64,000 nucleotides of DNA from Balanoglossus misakiensis (lineage: Eukaryota > Animalia > Hemichordata): NCBI GenBank assembly GCA_040954595.2, contig CM082584.2:4530110-4594109 (forward strand), read 5' to 3'. Positions within the stretch are counted from its first letter, which is position 1, and every line of letters begins with the position of its first letter. The translations under genes were made by a program, and so were the position numbers. The notes under the pieces are model-generated. The model searched no databases and was not told the DNA's origin. It was given only the letters and a program-made list of their open reading frames with translations. Of this stretch, positions 37,046-46,777 are shown in pieces.

Positions 37046-40000
37046 TCAGATCAAGATTCGCGGTCCTGAGCTCGAACGAACGGCAAGGATCCCGGCAATA
37101 CCCCACTGACTGTAAAATTCCTCAGTTGTCAGTCTAACTCGATCAGCCTGGAGACGCTGCCGAATCTCATCTTTGACGGTAAGTAAAACGTCCTCTGGAG
37201 ATAGGAAAATATACTCAAAGGCCGCCTGACATCGCGTCCGCCAAATACACATTTTTGTCACATTCACTATGTACATCACCAGCGCCCGGTTGGCCCGCGA
37301 CAAATTACACTCCGTAAGTCCTCGTAAGATGAGATTTTCGTCGAACTTAAGCGCTCCTCTCAGTCGGTACAAACGGTTCTCTACCCAAGCCCACACGTAG
37401 TTAGCATGTTGACAAAATATCAAAGCGTGGGCTAACGATTCCACCGCCGCGCAATTTTCACGCGGGCAGTACGGCACGACGCGACGCATTCCCCAAGCAA
37501 CAAGACGGGAGCGAATCGGTAGTACGTTGTGTGCGCAGCGCCAAGCTAGATCTTTCAAGGTGTTGTCTAAACTAGAAGTGTGCACAGAAGACCAAACATC
37601 TTTCCAACACAAAGACGGAGAACGCTTGACCACAGGTGGAACGGTATCAATAGCCGAAAGCAAAAGATGGTAAGTATGTACAGACTTTAAATTACTCCAA
37701 GAAAGTGAGTTTTTACATAGGAGTGGAAATAAGCTCTTAACCAAGGTTACAACAGTCGAATACCAAAGCGGACATTCCGCATACTGTGGCAAGGTATTTG
37801 ACCAAAAGAAGGGAAACAGAGAACGTAGGGGTAAAGAAAAGTAACGTTTCATCAGGAAGTGAACAGGTTTAACAGTAACGTCCTGAATCAAAGGGAGAAA
37901 CTGAGAAAGTAATAAAGCTTTTGCTTTCAACTCTAGGTTAACAAGACCCAGCCCCCCCTTTTCCAGAGGCTGGTAGAGAACAAGACGACGCACAAGCTCT
38001 GGTTTCTTCCCACTCCAGATGAAAGAAAATAAGGCTGTGTTAAACTTTGCAATCACGGAAGGCGGAGGTGGAAATAAGGCTGCTACATACCACATAGCTG
38101 GCATGATAACAACATTGGCAACAAGAACTTTCCCGAAAAGTGTCAAACGCCGTCCCCCCCACTTGGAGAAGATTTTCAGGCACTTCTGAAGTTTCAGGGA
38201 CCAATTGACTATAGGGGCGCCCTCACCAAAACAGACACCGTTGATGAAAATACTGTCGTTGCTGAACTGAAGTTGCTCCGGACTGTCAGAGCGCCCTCTC
38301 CAGTTCCCCAGCCATAAACCTTTGCACTTCTTACGGTTTATGCAAGAGCCTGAAGCTAAAGCAAAACGGGAAAAAATATCAAAAATAACTTTGAAGGAAG
38401 CGTTGTCAGTGACTAAGACTGTGTTGTCATCAGCATACTGCAACAGTTTAACTGAATGCGGATAACCAGGAATGTTAAAGCCCTGAACTTTTTGCTCTGC
38501 CTGGATAACTGCGGCAAGCGGCTCAATAAACAGAACATAAAGAAGCGGAGAGAGGGGACACCCCTGCCGCACACCTCTACCAATAACTACAGGATCACTG
38601 AGAAATCCGTTAACTAGAAATGAACTGGAAATATCGGTGTACAGTATTTGTATCCAGTCGCGGAACACTGAACCAAAATTAAATTTCTCAAGAACTTTAT
38701 GCAAAAACACCCAGTCAACTGTATCAAAAGCCTTACGTTGATCTAAGGAGACAATGGCACCCTGACTGTTACGAGAGTTACAACGAAACAGAAAATCCCG
38801 AACAATATGCAGATTGTCAGTAATGGATCGACCCTTGACCCCACACGTCTGAAACGGATTGACAAGGTCAGGCAAGACTGAACTCAATCTGTTGCACAGC
38901 ACTTTTGCAATAATCTTGTAATCAACATTCAATAATGATATCGGACGCTTGTTGTCAGGCCGATACTGCCCATTCACGTCACCAGGCGGTACTGATTTGC
39001 TAAGAAGGGTGACAACTGCCCATCTCTGTGATGCACCCAGACGTTTTTTGGCAAGGATATCGTTACAAACCTCCAGATATATTGGGCCAAGCGTATCCCA
39101 CAGCCTGACATAAACCTCCTTCTGAAAGCCATCCGAACCTGGTGCTTTACCGTTCTTCATTGACTTCATGGCTGATGTCAGCTCCTCCATAGTAAAAGGG
39201 GCATCCAAGCGTGCCTGCTGCTCTGGGTCCAGTGCTCTCTCTAATTTGGAAATAAAGAAATCCTGCTCACTAGAACTAAGCGAATCTGTCGGCGAAAAAA
39301 GACTGGCGAAATAATCACAAATGACTGAAGAAATACCATCTTGATCAGTACGAATATTGCCATCAACATCAACCATTTTGGAAATACACTTCTTGACAGC
39401 TCTCTTGCGCTCACGCGCAAAGAAAAACCGAGAACATTTCTCTTCGTGCTCCAGCCAATGCGCACGCGAACGGATCTTGACACCCGCAAGTTTCTCCTGT
39501 GTCAACTTGTTAATGCGCTCTTTAACACTATTATAATCGTTCAAAATAGACCGAGAACGCTTTCCAGAATTCAAGCAAGACGTCAAATCCCGCAACTGAT
39601 CATACAACGAAGATAAAAGCGCCTTCTTTTTAAGAGCCACTTTCCGTGAATGTTTCTTAACCAAGGCCTTTAAACGCTCTTTGACCATGTCCCACCAATC
39701 AGACAAGCATGGGAAGGCTTCCTGCAAAGTGACCCAATTAGCAACACGATGGCGGATCTCATCAAGGACCGAGGGGTCAGACAAAATGGAAACATTGCAC
39801 TTCCACACCCCAGGACCCCTACGAACAGACTGACCACCCCTAATTGATACCGAACACATATCATGGTCGGACAGGGAGCAAGGAACAATATTGGACGAGG
39901 TTTTCAACGCACTAGACATGTAAAAGCGATCAAGACGACTACCAACCGAACAAGAACGATTTCGCCATGTATATTCCTGTAGGTTTTCATGCTGACGGCG

Positions 40001-40570
40001 CCAAACATCAACCAAGCTGTAATCAGAACATAACTTTTGCAGAACTTCACTACCTATGAAGCAAGTAGTATTCGAAGCGGACCCCCCAAACCGATCAACT
40101 GGACAAGAAACACAATTAAAGTCACCACCCAAAATAATATTGCTATGGCTACCGATGAAATCAGATAAACCTGCAAAGAAATTAATCCTACCTGAAGGAC
40201 TGTTAGGCGCATACACATTAATTAAACGGCAAGTAAATGCACTAAAGGAGACAGTACCCGCCACCAGACGCCCATCCACATCTGAAGTAAAATCCTGCAG
40301 GGAAAAACCGGATGACGGAGAGATCAAAATACCCACTCCCCTGCTGCTATTGGACCCTAAGCTCCAATAATTGGGGCCTCCCCACTCCCTTCCCCACATT
40401 GCCATCTCCCTAGAAGAACTACAATGGGTCTCCTGCAAGAAGATAATATCAAACTTACTGTCTCTAAAGGAAGCAAACAAAGAGTTACGCTTAACAGAAT
40501 CCTTCATACCATTAACATTGATGGAACATAAATTCAACATGGTAAAAAGAAGAAAAAAACAATTGGCCAT
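37046..40570 (-). CDS. Retrotransposon ORF2: APE endonuclease + reverse transcriptase + C-terminal CCHC-type zinc motif
   Basis: SINVNG, FLQETH, NVYAP, GGDFN, SRLDRFY, SDH (APE); KAPGSDG, RPISLLNVDYK, LDQRKAFD, GVRQGCPLSP, QYADD (RT); CPRENC..ESLAHALIFC. The track start at 40597 is GTG; the first ATGs are at 40570 and 40540. No stops or frameshifts. Confidence 0.95.
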   Translation of the reverse strand: MANCFFLLFTMLNLCSINVNGMKDSVKRNSLFASFRDSKFDIIFLQETHCSSSREMAMWGREWGGPNYWSLGSNSSRGVGILISPSSGFSLQDFTSDVDGRLVAGTVSFSAFTCRLINVYAPNSPSGRINFFAGLSDFIGSHSNIILGGDFNCVSCPVDRFGGSASNTTCFIGSEVLQKLCSDYSLVDVWRRQHENLQEYTWRNRSCSVGSRLDRFYMSSALKTSSNIVPCSLSDHDMCSVSIRGGQSVRRGPGVWKCNVSILSDPSVLDEIRHRVANWVTLQEAFPCLSDWWDMVKERLKALVKKHSRKVALKKKALLSSLYDQLRDLTSCLNSGKRSRSILNDYNSVKERINKLTQEKLAGVKIRSRAHWLEHEEKCSRFFFARERKRAVKKCISKMVDVDGNIRTDQDGISSVICDYFASLFSPTDSLSSSEQDFFISKLERALDPEQQARLDAPFTMEELTSAMKSMKNGKAPGSDGFQKEVYVRLWDTLGPIYLEVCNDILAKKRLGASQRWAVVTLLSKSVPPGDVNGQYRPDNKRPISLLNVDYKIIAKVLCNRLSSVLPDLVNPFQTCGVKGRSITDNLHIVRDFLFRCNSRNSQGAIVSLDQRKAFDTVDWVFLHKVLEKFNFGSVFRDWIQILYTDISSSFLVNGFLSDPVVIGRGVRQGCPLSPLLYVLFIEPLAAVIQAEQKVQGFNIPGYPHSVKLLQYADDNTVLVTDNASFKVIFDIFSRFALASGSCINRKKCKGLWLGNWRGRSDSPEQLQFSNDSIFINGVCFGEGAPIVNWSLKLQKCLKIFSKWGGRRLTLFGKVLVANVVIMPAMWYVAALFPPPPSVIAKFNTALFSFIWSGKKPELVRRLVLYQPLEKGGLGLVNLELKAKALLLSQFLPLIQDVTVKPVHFLMKRYFSLPLRSLFPFFWSNTLPQYAECPLWYSTVVTLVKSLFPLLCKNSLSWSNLKSVHTYHLLLSAIDTVPPVVKRSPSLCWKDVWSSVHTSSLDNTLKDLAWRCAHNVLPIRSRLVAWGMRRVVPYCPRENCAAVESLAHALIFCQHANYVWAWVENRLYRLRGALKFDENLILRGLTECNLSRANRALVMYIVNVTKMCIWRTRCQAAFEYIFLSPEDVLLTVKDEIRQRLQADRVRLTTEEFYSQWGIAGILAVRSSSGPRILI

Positions 40571-40645
40571 CAAGAAACCAAAGAGAAAGCTAAGCACAGA
40601 TCAACTCTAAGCCGACGCAAAACCCCCAAAACACGGAACTGATAT

Positions 40646-42088
40646 TTATGCATTAAAGAAGTAAAAATCAAAAAAGGACAAGTCCTTAGACAAAACAAAA
40701 ACAGGGTGAACAGAAACTAAGTGTTCCAGCCATTTGACTGGATCCGGAAAGGAAAGGTGCTTACATTTTTTTATTGGACACTGAACTAGAAGTGGGTCGA
40801 TGCCGTGCATCTCTTTACAATGATTTTGCATGGCTTCCCAGCCATGAACGCAGGACGCACAATCACCCGAGAACGTGTTACATGACGAGTACACAGTCGA
40901 CAAGTCCATAATGGATGAAAGACGCACAGAATCTAACGCCTTTTGACGTAATTCAACTGTAGACTGTGAGAAAACGGAACCAGACGCATGTGAGGTCACT
41001 GAACAATCAGAGTCGGCTTCGCTATCAACCGCACCAGTTAAAGAAACCGACTTGCTATCACCATCAACAGCCACTCTCTTAATCATCTCATCGTTATCGT
41101 CATCATTATCATCAGACGGCGCAGGACGCTTAGCAGAAGACGAACAAAGCATATCCGTAGAAGAAAAAGAGGACCTTGGACTGAAAAAATCCTGTCGCTG
41201 GCCAGGAGTCACACCCATAGAAGAATTGTCTTCAACATCCATAGCATCTGAAAACAGAACTTGTGAACCCGATTCAGACACGTCTTCCGCCTCACAATCT
41301 GGAGACGGCTGCGTCACAGGATCTGAAGCCAGCTCGCACACCTTTGAAACAATATCTTCAACAATAACATCGACAATTTCCTTCGACTCACCAGTACTTG
41401 GAGAAGCAGCCGCCTCCGTTGACAACCAAGAATTCGACAAGGCAACTCTATTAGCAAACGACAAAGAGCAATTACGATAAACATGCCCATCCCCCCCACA
41501 AATGGAACACTTCACATTTGCCGTGCATTCTGCAACCGTGTGTCCCAGCTGTGCACACCTAAAACAACGCACGTTGACGCAGTCTTTAGCCAAGTGGCCT
41601 GTATTGTTACACTTGATACACGTGCGAGGCTGACCAGAATAGGAAAACCACGCGTTCCTACCACCAATACGTATAACGGAGGGAATATTTTTCTTCAGAC
41701 GCATACGGTACTGCCTCGTGCCGTTAAAAACTGATGGTTCGTATGCATACACACATTTCCTGGCTGCCAAGACAGTGCCATAAGCTGACAAAATGTACTG
41801 TACATAATTGTCGTCGAGCTCGTTGTCGATGTACAAAACGGTTACCACTACAATATCTGACCCATACGAATGAGTGACAAAATCCGACTTACTCCTCAAC
41901 CGCTCTTCAAAGAGCCGCCTAAATGCGAGCGTCCTGAAAGTTACGTCGAACGCACTTCCAGGCAATTTCTGAACCGCCTCTAAATGAAGCTTGGCTTCCA
42001 CACCCACACTACTGAGCTGATCAAAAACTGCTTTTACATCAGCATCACTACCAAACTTCAGCAAAAGTGTGCGATCTTTGCGCACCAT
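40646..42088 (-). CDS. Retrotransposon ORF1 (480 aa): Tx1-type/ZCCHC3-like nucleic-acid binding protein
   Basis: RRM-like N-terminus (FDVTF, FNGTR, GQPRTC), three knuckles CIKCNNTGHLAKDC, CFRCAQLGHTVAEC, CSICGGDGHVYRNC, an acidic/Ser-rich linker and two C-terminal C2H2-like motifs. Confidence 0.92.
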   Translation of the reverse strand: MVRKDRTLLLKFGSDADVKAVFDQLSSVGVEAKLHLEAVQKLPGSAFDVTFRTLAFRRLFEERLRSKSDFVTHSYGSDIVVVTVLYIDNELDDNYVQYILSAYGTVLAARKCVYAYEPSVFNGTRQYRMRLKKNIPSVIRIGGRNAWFSYSGQPRTCIKCNNTGHLAKDCVNVRCFRCAQLGHTVAECTANVKCSICGGDGHVYRNCSLSFANRVALSNSWLSTEAAASPSTGESKEIVDVIVEDIVSKVCELASDPVTQPSPDCEAEDVSESGSQVLFSDAMDVEDNSSMGVTPGQRQDFFSPRSSFSSTDMLCSSSAKRPAPSDDNDDDNDEMIKRVAVDGDSKSVSLTGAVDSEADSDCSVTSHASGSVFSQSTVELRQKALDSVRLSSIMDLSTVYSSCNTFSGDCASCVHGWEAMQNHCKEMHGIDPLLVQCPIKKCKHLSFPDPVKWLEHLVSVHPVFVLSKDLSFFDFYFFNA

Positions 42089-42281
42089 GCTGAAGCAAAA
42101 TAATCAAAAAACGACAAAGAAAAAAAGAGAAGCTAAAAAAAGCAACTCACGCTCACGTCCCACCTGGTTTGTACCAAAAGAAAAGAAGAAACGAAGCTCC
42201 ACGAGGACGTCGAACGCTGAACAAAACACCTGTTGGAATACTCTTCTTGGATTGGATATAAACACCAGTAGCAGCAACCAA

Positions 42282-42310
42282 TGATCTTAGCCAAAAGGCC
42301 GAGAAGCGAT
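42282..42310 (-). ncRNA. U2: U2 snRNA, 5' 29 nt
   Basis: Minus strand ATCGCTTCTCGGCCTTTTGGCTAAGATCA, identical to the conserved metazoan U2 5' end. Confidence 0.95.
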
Positions 42311-42354
42311 ATTGACCGTCGGCCCGGAACTTTCGACGGTATCAAGCTCAACAA

Positions 42355-42558
42355 AACTTTATGTTTGGTTTGGTCGATAGGTTGGTCTTCAATCAAGGTC
42401 ACACGTTTTATATGTCATTAAATCAAAGCTATGGAGAAAATACTAAAGCTGTCAATAGTAAAACAACAAAATGTGAGATCAAGGATTCATGAAACAGGAA
42501 ACGGCAAAAAAATCATACGCAAAGTTTAAAATTAGCATCTGAATAGCCATATGCAAAT
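42355..42558 (-). promoter_or_regulatory. Putative U2 promoter: PSE-like element at about -47 to -67 and octamer at about -245
   Basis: TCGACCAAACCAAACATAAAG at PSE distance; perfect ATGCAAAT at 42551-42558 and ATTAGCAT at 42531-42538, the spacing of the vertebrate distal sequence element. Positional inference only. Confidence 0.4.
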
Positions 42559-43250
42559 GTACTTGGACGTCGCGAGAACGCCCTTGATGGCGCTCTTCTC
42601 AGTAGATCTACGCATGAGCAGTCTATGGTTGAAGAAGAGTTAGCATCAGAATCAGAATCTCAACGGAATTCGTTCGGGCTGGAGAATCCCGACTTTATTA
42701 ACCAGAATTATGAACGTGTAAACTATACTTAAAACAGTTAAATATGTAATTACGATTTCTTTGGTTCAATATTTGTGCTTGAAGCAGGAGGCAGTACGTG
42801 AATGTGGATTGTACCAATCCTGGATTCTAATGCAATCTAGTGCAGTGCCTGGAGCGATACAGTACTAAGATCCATATCCGGTAAACCTGTAATGCGTGGT
42901 GTTGTCTCACACTACATGTACTTGCATTGTAATGAAATGTATCCTTAGTTGTTCGAGATTATATTGACAGAGGTCTGGTCATGCCTGTAGCAACCTAATC
43001 ACATGATAAAAAACGCCAAACACCAGAAAATTTAGGTACGTTGTCGTATTCCAACTCTTCCTAGAAGATCCTCTGTCAAGTTCCGAAACTCGGTGTGCGA
43101 GACAGTGCAGTTTCTCGTAACGTTGACCCGTTAGGTAGTATTAACTAAAGAGACGTTTACTTTGCGATGTTACTGTACTACCTAACGGCGGACCGTTAGA
43201 AAACAAGTCATCGCCGTAAGACACACAGCCCTGCCATGCAGAGCTACCAT

Positions 43251-43351
43251 CACGGGCGACGGAATCACGCTGCGGTGATCGCCTGACTCAAGCCGTAAAA
43301 CATTGACGGCTTGAATCAGGTGACTACAGCAGTGTGATTCCGACTCCTGTG
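43251..43351. mobile_element. 101 bp hairpin MITE with 8 bp TSD GCTACCAT (hAT-like)
   Basis: CAC..CGGAATCAC...GTGATTCCG..GTG palindrome; GCTACCAT at 43243-43250 and 43352-43359. Confidence 0.75.
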
Positions 43352-43759
43352 GCTACCATGAACGCGAGTCAGACCTAGACCATGGGCAGCTAATTAATGT
43401 TTGAGGAAATGGCGAGCCACACTCCACATGTTAAATACAACTGCTATCAAACAATACCTCAAGGGCCTGTGGAGGTGCTTGGTTCGAATCTGGCGGTAAA
43501 ATTGTTTAGTTCAGTGCATTTTCGCCAAACTTACTGTTTTATAGGTATGCATGTATGATATTTGGGTTATTACACAAAGTTTGACCAATATCGCGTTGCA
43601 TTCTAGTGATGTGAACATACAATGTATTTTGACTCTATACCTCGCAACTCGTTGAAATATGGCCATGTACGTACAATGCCATATCGGTCAAACTTTGCTT
43701 GTTAATACAATAATAATTGGTGAACTTTTCATTTTGTAGGGACTTTTCCATCCACTACA

Positions 43760-45064
43760 ATGGCAAGTACGAGTGATGTAATAAACCACCAACCACCACG
43801 TAAACTGGTGTGCATTGAGTATCCTGGATTTGTTAAGAATGTGGACAAGATGCTTGCAACATTGGGTGGAGAGGAAACCATATCTAAGATTCACTGTGAC
43901 CCTTCCAGAAGACTAGAATTACGCTTCCGCCCCAAGGATCCATACTGCCATGCTGCCTGTGGCAATAGATACGCAACAACAAGCCTCCTGCTGAAGGTGA
44001 CCAAACGAACGAATAAACGCTCTGGCACCGTGCATTATAGAAATGAAATTTTGGGTACAGTCAATACAACGTACAGATTTCAAGGCCTTGCAGACTATCA
44101 GTATCTGCCGATTCAAAATGAGGAGAAGCTGATGGTGTCACTTACAGACAAATTATTGGTACAGAAAATCGAACCTTCGGAAGAATTTTTTGCCAGAGAA
44201 GTGCCCCTCTTCATTCCCCCGCCGAGCTTTTCCAGGATAGATATCCCCATTGATTACTACTATCGGCCGGATCAACATCGAGATATAACCAGGCCGTCTC
44301 ACCTCATTGGAGTCGCAAGGGCGAGAAGACCTCACAATGCTGTGTTTGTGAACTTTGAAGACAAGGATGCGCCCACGAAACCCCTGAGTGCTGCTATGAT
44401 AGCCATGAAGAGAGTTGGTGACTCCACCAAAGAGGCTGAACTCCGGGAGCTGTTCAAGCATCGGCCAGTGTGGTCGAAGAATGCCTTAAAGTGTAACATT
44501 GACATCCACGAAGAGAAGTTGAAAATCCTTCTGCCAGTGGTGGCCTACTACTTTGTCACCGGACCTTGGAGGTCGCTGTGGGTCCGATTCGGGTACGACC
44601 CCAGGAAAGATCCAACGGCCATGAAGTACCAGGTCTTGGACTTCAGATTGCGTCAGAGTGCTACAGCTGTTGAATTTCCAGTCAAAGCCAAGAGAAGTAC
44701 TTTCAACTACGCATTACCACTTAGCATACACAGACCGGGGCCTCACGTTGTCCAGGTTAAGGACTTCACAGAAGGCAAGAATGGTGACGATGTCGGCGAG
44801 AATTTAGATGCGCAAGAGTCCAAAGCACACAAGCAATATAAACTACAGTATGTCTTCAAGGATGGATTCTTGCCACCCTATCGGCAAATGTTCTATCAGT
44901 TTGATGATATTCACAATGATAAATTACAGGACATCATGGCAGAAAATGCTCAATCGGAGAACTGTGATGAGAAGGAGGGATGGTGTAAACCAGAAACGTT
45001 GAACAAACTACGCGATCTCATGTCAGACATGGTCAAGCAGACTGTAAAAAGTGTATCTGACTAG
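43760..45064 (+). CDS. GTF3C5: General transcription factor IIIC polypeptide 5 (TFIIIC63/Tau95), single coding exon, 434 aa
   Basis: LVCIEYPGFVKNVDKMLATLGGE, LELRFRPKDPYCH, YRFQGLADYQYL, PLFIPPPSFSRID, RPVWSKNAL, AYYFVTGPWRSLWVRFGYDPR, YRQMFYQ, EKEGWC. A splice acceptor TTTTGTAG at 43739 suggests an upstream exon. Confidence 0.95.
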   Translation: MASTSDVINHQPPRKLVCIEYPGFVKNVDKMLATLGGEETISKIHCDPSRRLELRFRPKDPYCHAACGNRYATTSLLLKVTKRTNKRSGTVHYRNEILGTVNTTYRFQGLADYQYLPIQNEEKLMVSLTDKLLVQKIEPSEEFFAREVPLFIPPPSFSRIDIPIDYYYRPDQHRDITRPSHLIGVARARRPHNAVFVNFEDKDAPTKPLSAAMIAMKRVGDSTKEAELRELFKHRPVWSKNALKCNIDIHEEKLKILLPVVAYYFVTGPWRSLWVRFGYDPRKDPTAMKYQVLDFRLRQSATAVEFPVKAKRSTFNYALPLSIHRPGPHVVQVKDFTEGKNGDDVGENLDAQESKAHKQYKLQYVFKDGFLPPYRQMFYQFDDIHNDKLQDIMAENAQSENCDEKEGWCKPETLNKLRDLMSDMVKQTVKSVSD

Positions 45065-45351
45065 CAGTAGCAACAGTACAAGCTTTCAAATTAGTTGAAA
45101 TCTTATGAAAGCAAATTTCATCTTGATGTAAGTAAACAACTGCTGTCTTCAGATTTCAAAAATGCTGAAGACTTGGTCTGAATGATGCATTTCATGGCTG
45201 GTGTGATGCAAGTTGATGGAATTGTGGGCACATGTGATATGAAATTGAACTTGCTCACATTTTCTCAGTCTTTGTTAAACCTTGAGCATGAAGTGCCTCT
45301 ATTTGGCCTTTTACAAAGTCCAGAAGTTCGCAATTATTTGGCATGGTTTCA

Positions 45352-45715
45352 TTAAAGGGACAAAGTCTCTCTCGCTTCCCCTTTTCCATTAATTATGTTT
45401 GATACAAAACATTGTTTATGTTAATGTACATGTGTATATGTTGTGAAACTGAATGAACGTTCAACCACACACAACTTCCATCCTGCTTGTATGATATGAG
45501 AGTAAAATCTCACAAAAAAGGAATAAATAGTAGAGACTGATTATTAATTTTGGCAAGTTTTTTCACTCTCGTGTGTACAAGTGGGATGGAAGTTGTGTGT
45601 GGTCGATTGTTGATTCACTATATATCCACATGTAAAATAACATAAACGGTGTCTTGTATTAAACTAACATAATTAATGGAAAAAGGGCAGCGAGAGAGAG
45701 ACTTTGTTCCTTTAA
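45352..45715. mobile_element. MITE family A, copy 5
   Basis: TTAA|AGGGACAAAG...TTTGTTCCT|TTAA downstream of the GTF3C5 stop. Confidence 0.85.
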
Positions 45716-46777
45716 CTGAATGTTGATATACAGAACTTCAACACCTATCAGAATATTCATAAACATGTCTGGCAGATTTTCCTGCCCCCAAATTTAATCA
45801 GAATTATGGGTTCAATCATCCGTAAGTTGTTTATGTTTAGAAATATGTCACGGTAGACTGATTTTGTGAATTATTTTTCATGGCAACTGTTCAGTTTTCA
45901 TAAAAAGATTAGGACTGATGCAAGAGAAATTAACAACTACTTAATGGCTTTCTTAAATTTGACTTTATTTTGTTACCTGTAACAGGTCAACATAGTCTAC
46001 AAATATTCACTTGAGAACAGATGTACAGAGGAGACGATTCACACTGTAAATATTGCAGTGTATTTGTTTATTCTTCGGAATTCAGTTGACTGTACCAATA
46101 ATTCTGACAGAGTTCTTTTAGTTCGTGTAAAGCTTGTTATTAATATAGGAGTTGTTTTGTTGGTGACATGCTTCTATGATTTTCATTCACCTGAAATTAA
46201 AGAATGGGAAATAGAGTTAGTAACTGTTGTTGACATATCATTTTGCATATTTACTGAGCCACCTAACTGTCACAGCCATGGCCATTGTCCGCTACTAGGC
46301 TCTACGCACGGCCAGCGAGGGCGCACATTCAACCAGATAATAAGTCTGCATAGGCGGTGGGAGGGGATGTGACTGAGAGAATATAAGAACCTAGCTACCA
46401 CACCAGTTCACATGTACAGCCACTGCAAGGATGTCAAAGCACAAAACAACTTTGCCTGATTATTAAAAAATCACATTGCCAATTACCATATACATGCACA
46501 AGTTTTCAAGTTTATTAATTCAACAGAATGAAATTGAACTTGACATATATTAGCCACATACGACAATCTGTGTGCCAAAATATTTAGCCAGTAATATGCC
46601 AATGGCATGCATAGCAGATTCTAGAGTAAAATGATAACAGCATTCAAATCTTCAGACCATGAGCACCTGATTATGAAAAAAAACCTTGTTTTCTGACTGT
46701 AAACATATCACAGATTAAATAATACTGACAAAATAATTGGCTAGTAATGGAAGTAAAATATATGATATGTATAGACA

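Larger units (their letters stand above)
36383..42281 (-). mobile_element. Full-length Tx1-clade (L1 group) non-LTR retrotransposon inserted in U2 snRNA (Keno-like)
   Basis: Two intact ORFs (CCHC ORF1; APE-RT ORF2), ~190 bp 5' UTR and ~660 bp T-rich 3' UTR, GC/CpG content distinct from the host, bounded exactly by the two halves of a U2 gene. Confidence 0.93.

Noticed and set aside
36462-37106. 214 aa minus-strand ORF overlapping the end of ORF2 (a possible ORF3)
   Set aside because: Lies in the T-rich 3' UTR; F/V/C/L-rich composition with no motif, and the scarcity of stops is expected from low A content on that strand.
39241-41734. Several antisense and alternative-frame ORFs within the retrotransposon
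   Set aside because: Shadow frames of ORF1/ORF2 with no independent domain signal.
36230-42310. Alternative reading: a U2-LINE chimeric processed pseudogene formed by template switching
   Set aside because: Both U2 halves are present, colinear and flank the element, with promoter-like and 3' box-like flanks; this fits insertion into a genomic U2 gene rather than a 5' snRNA fusion retrocopy.
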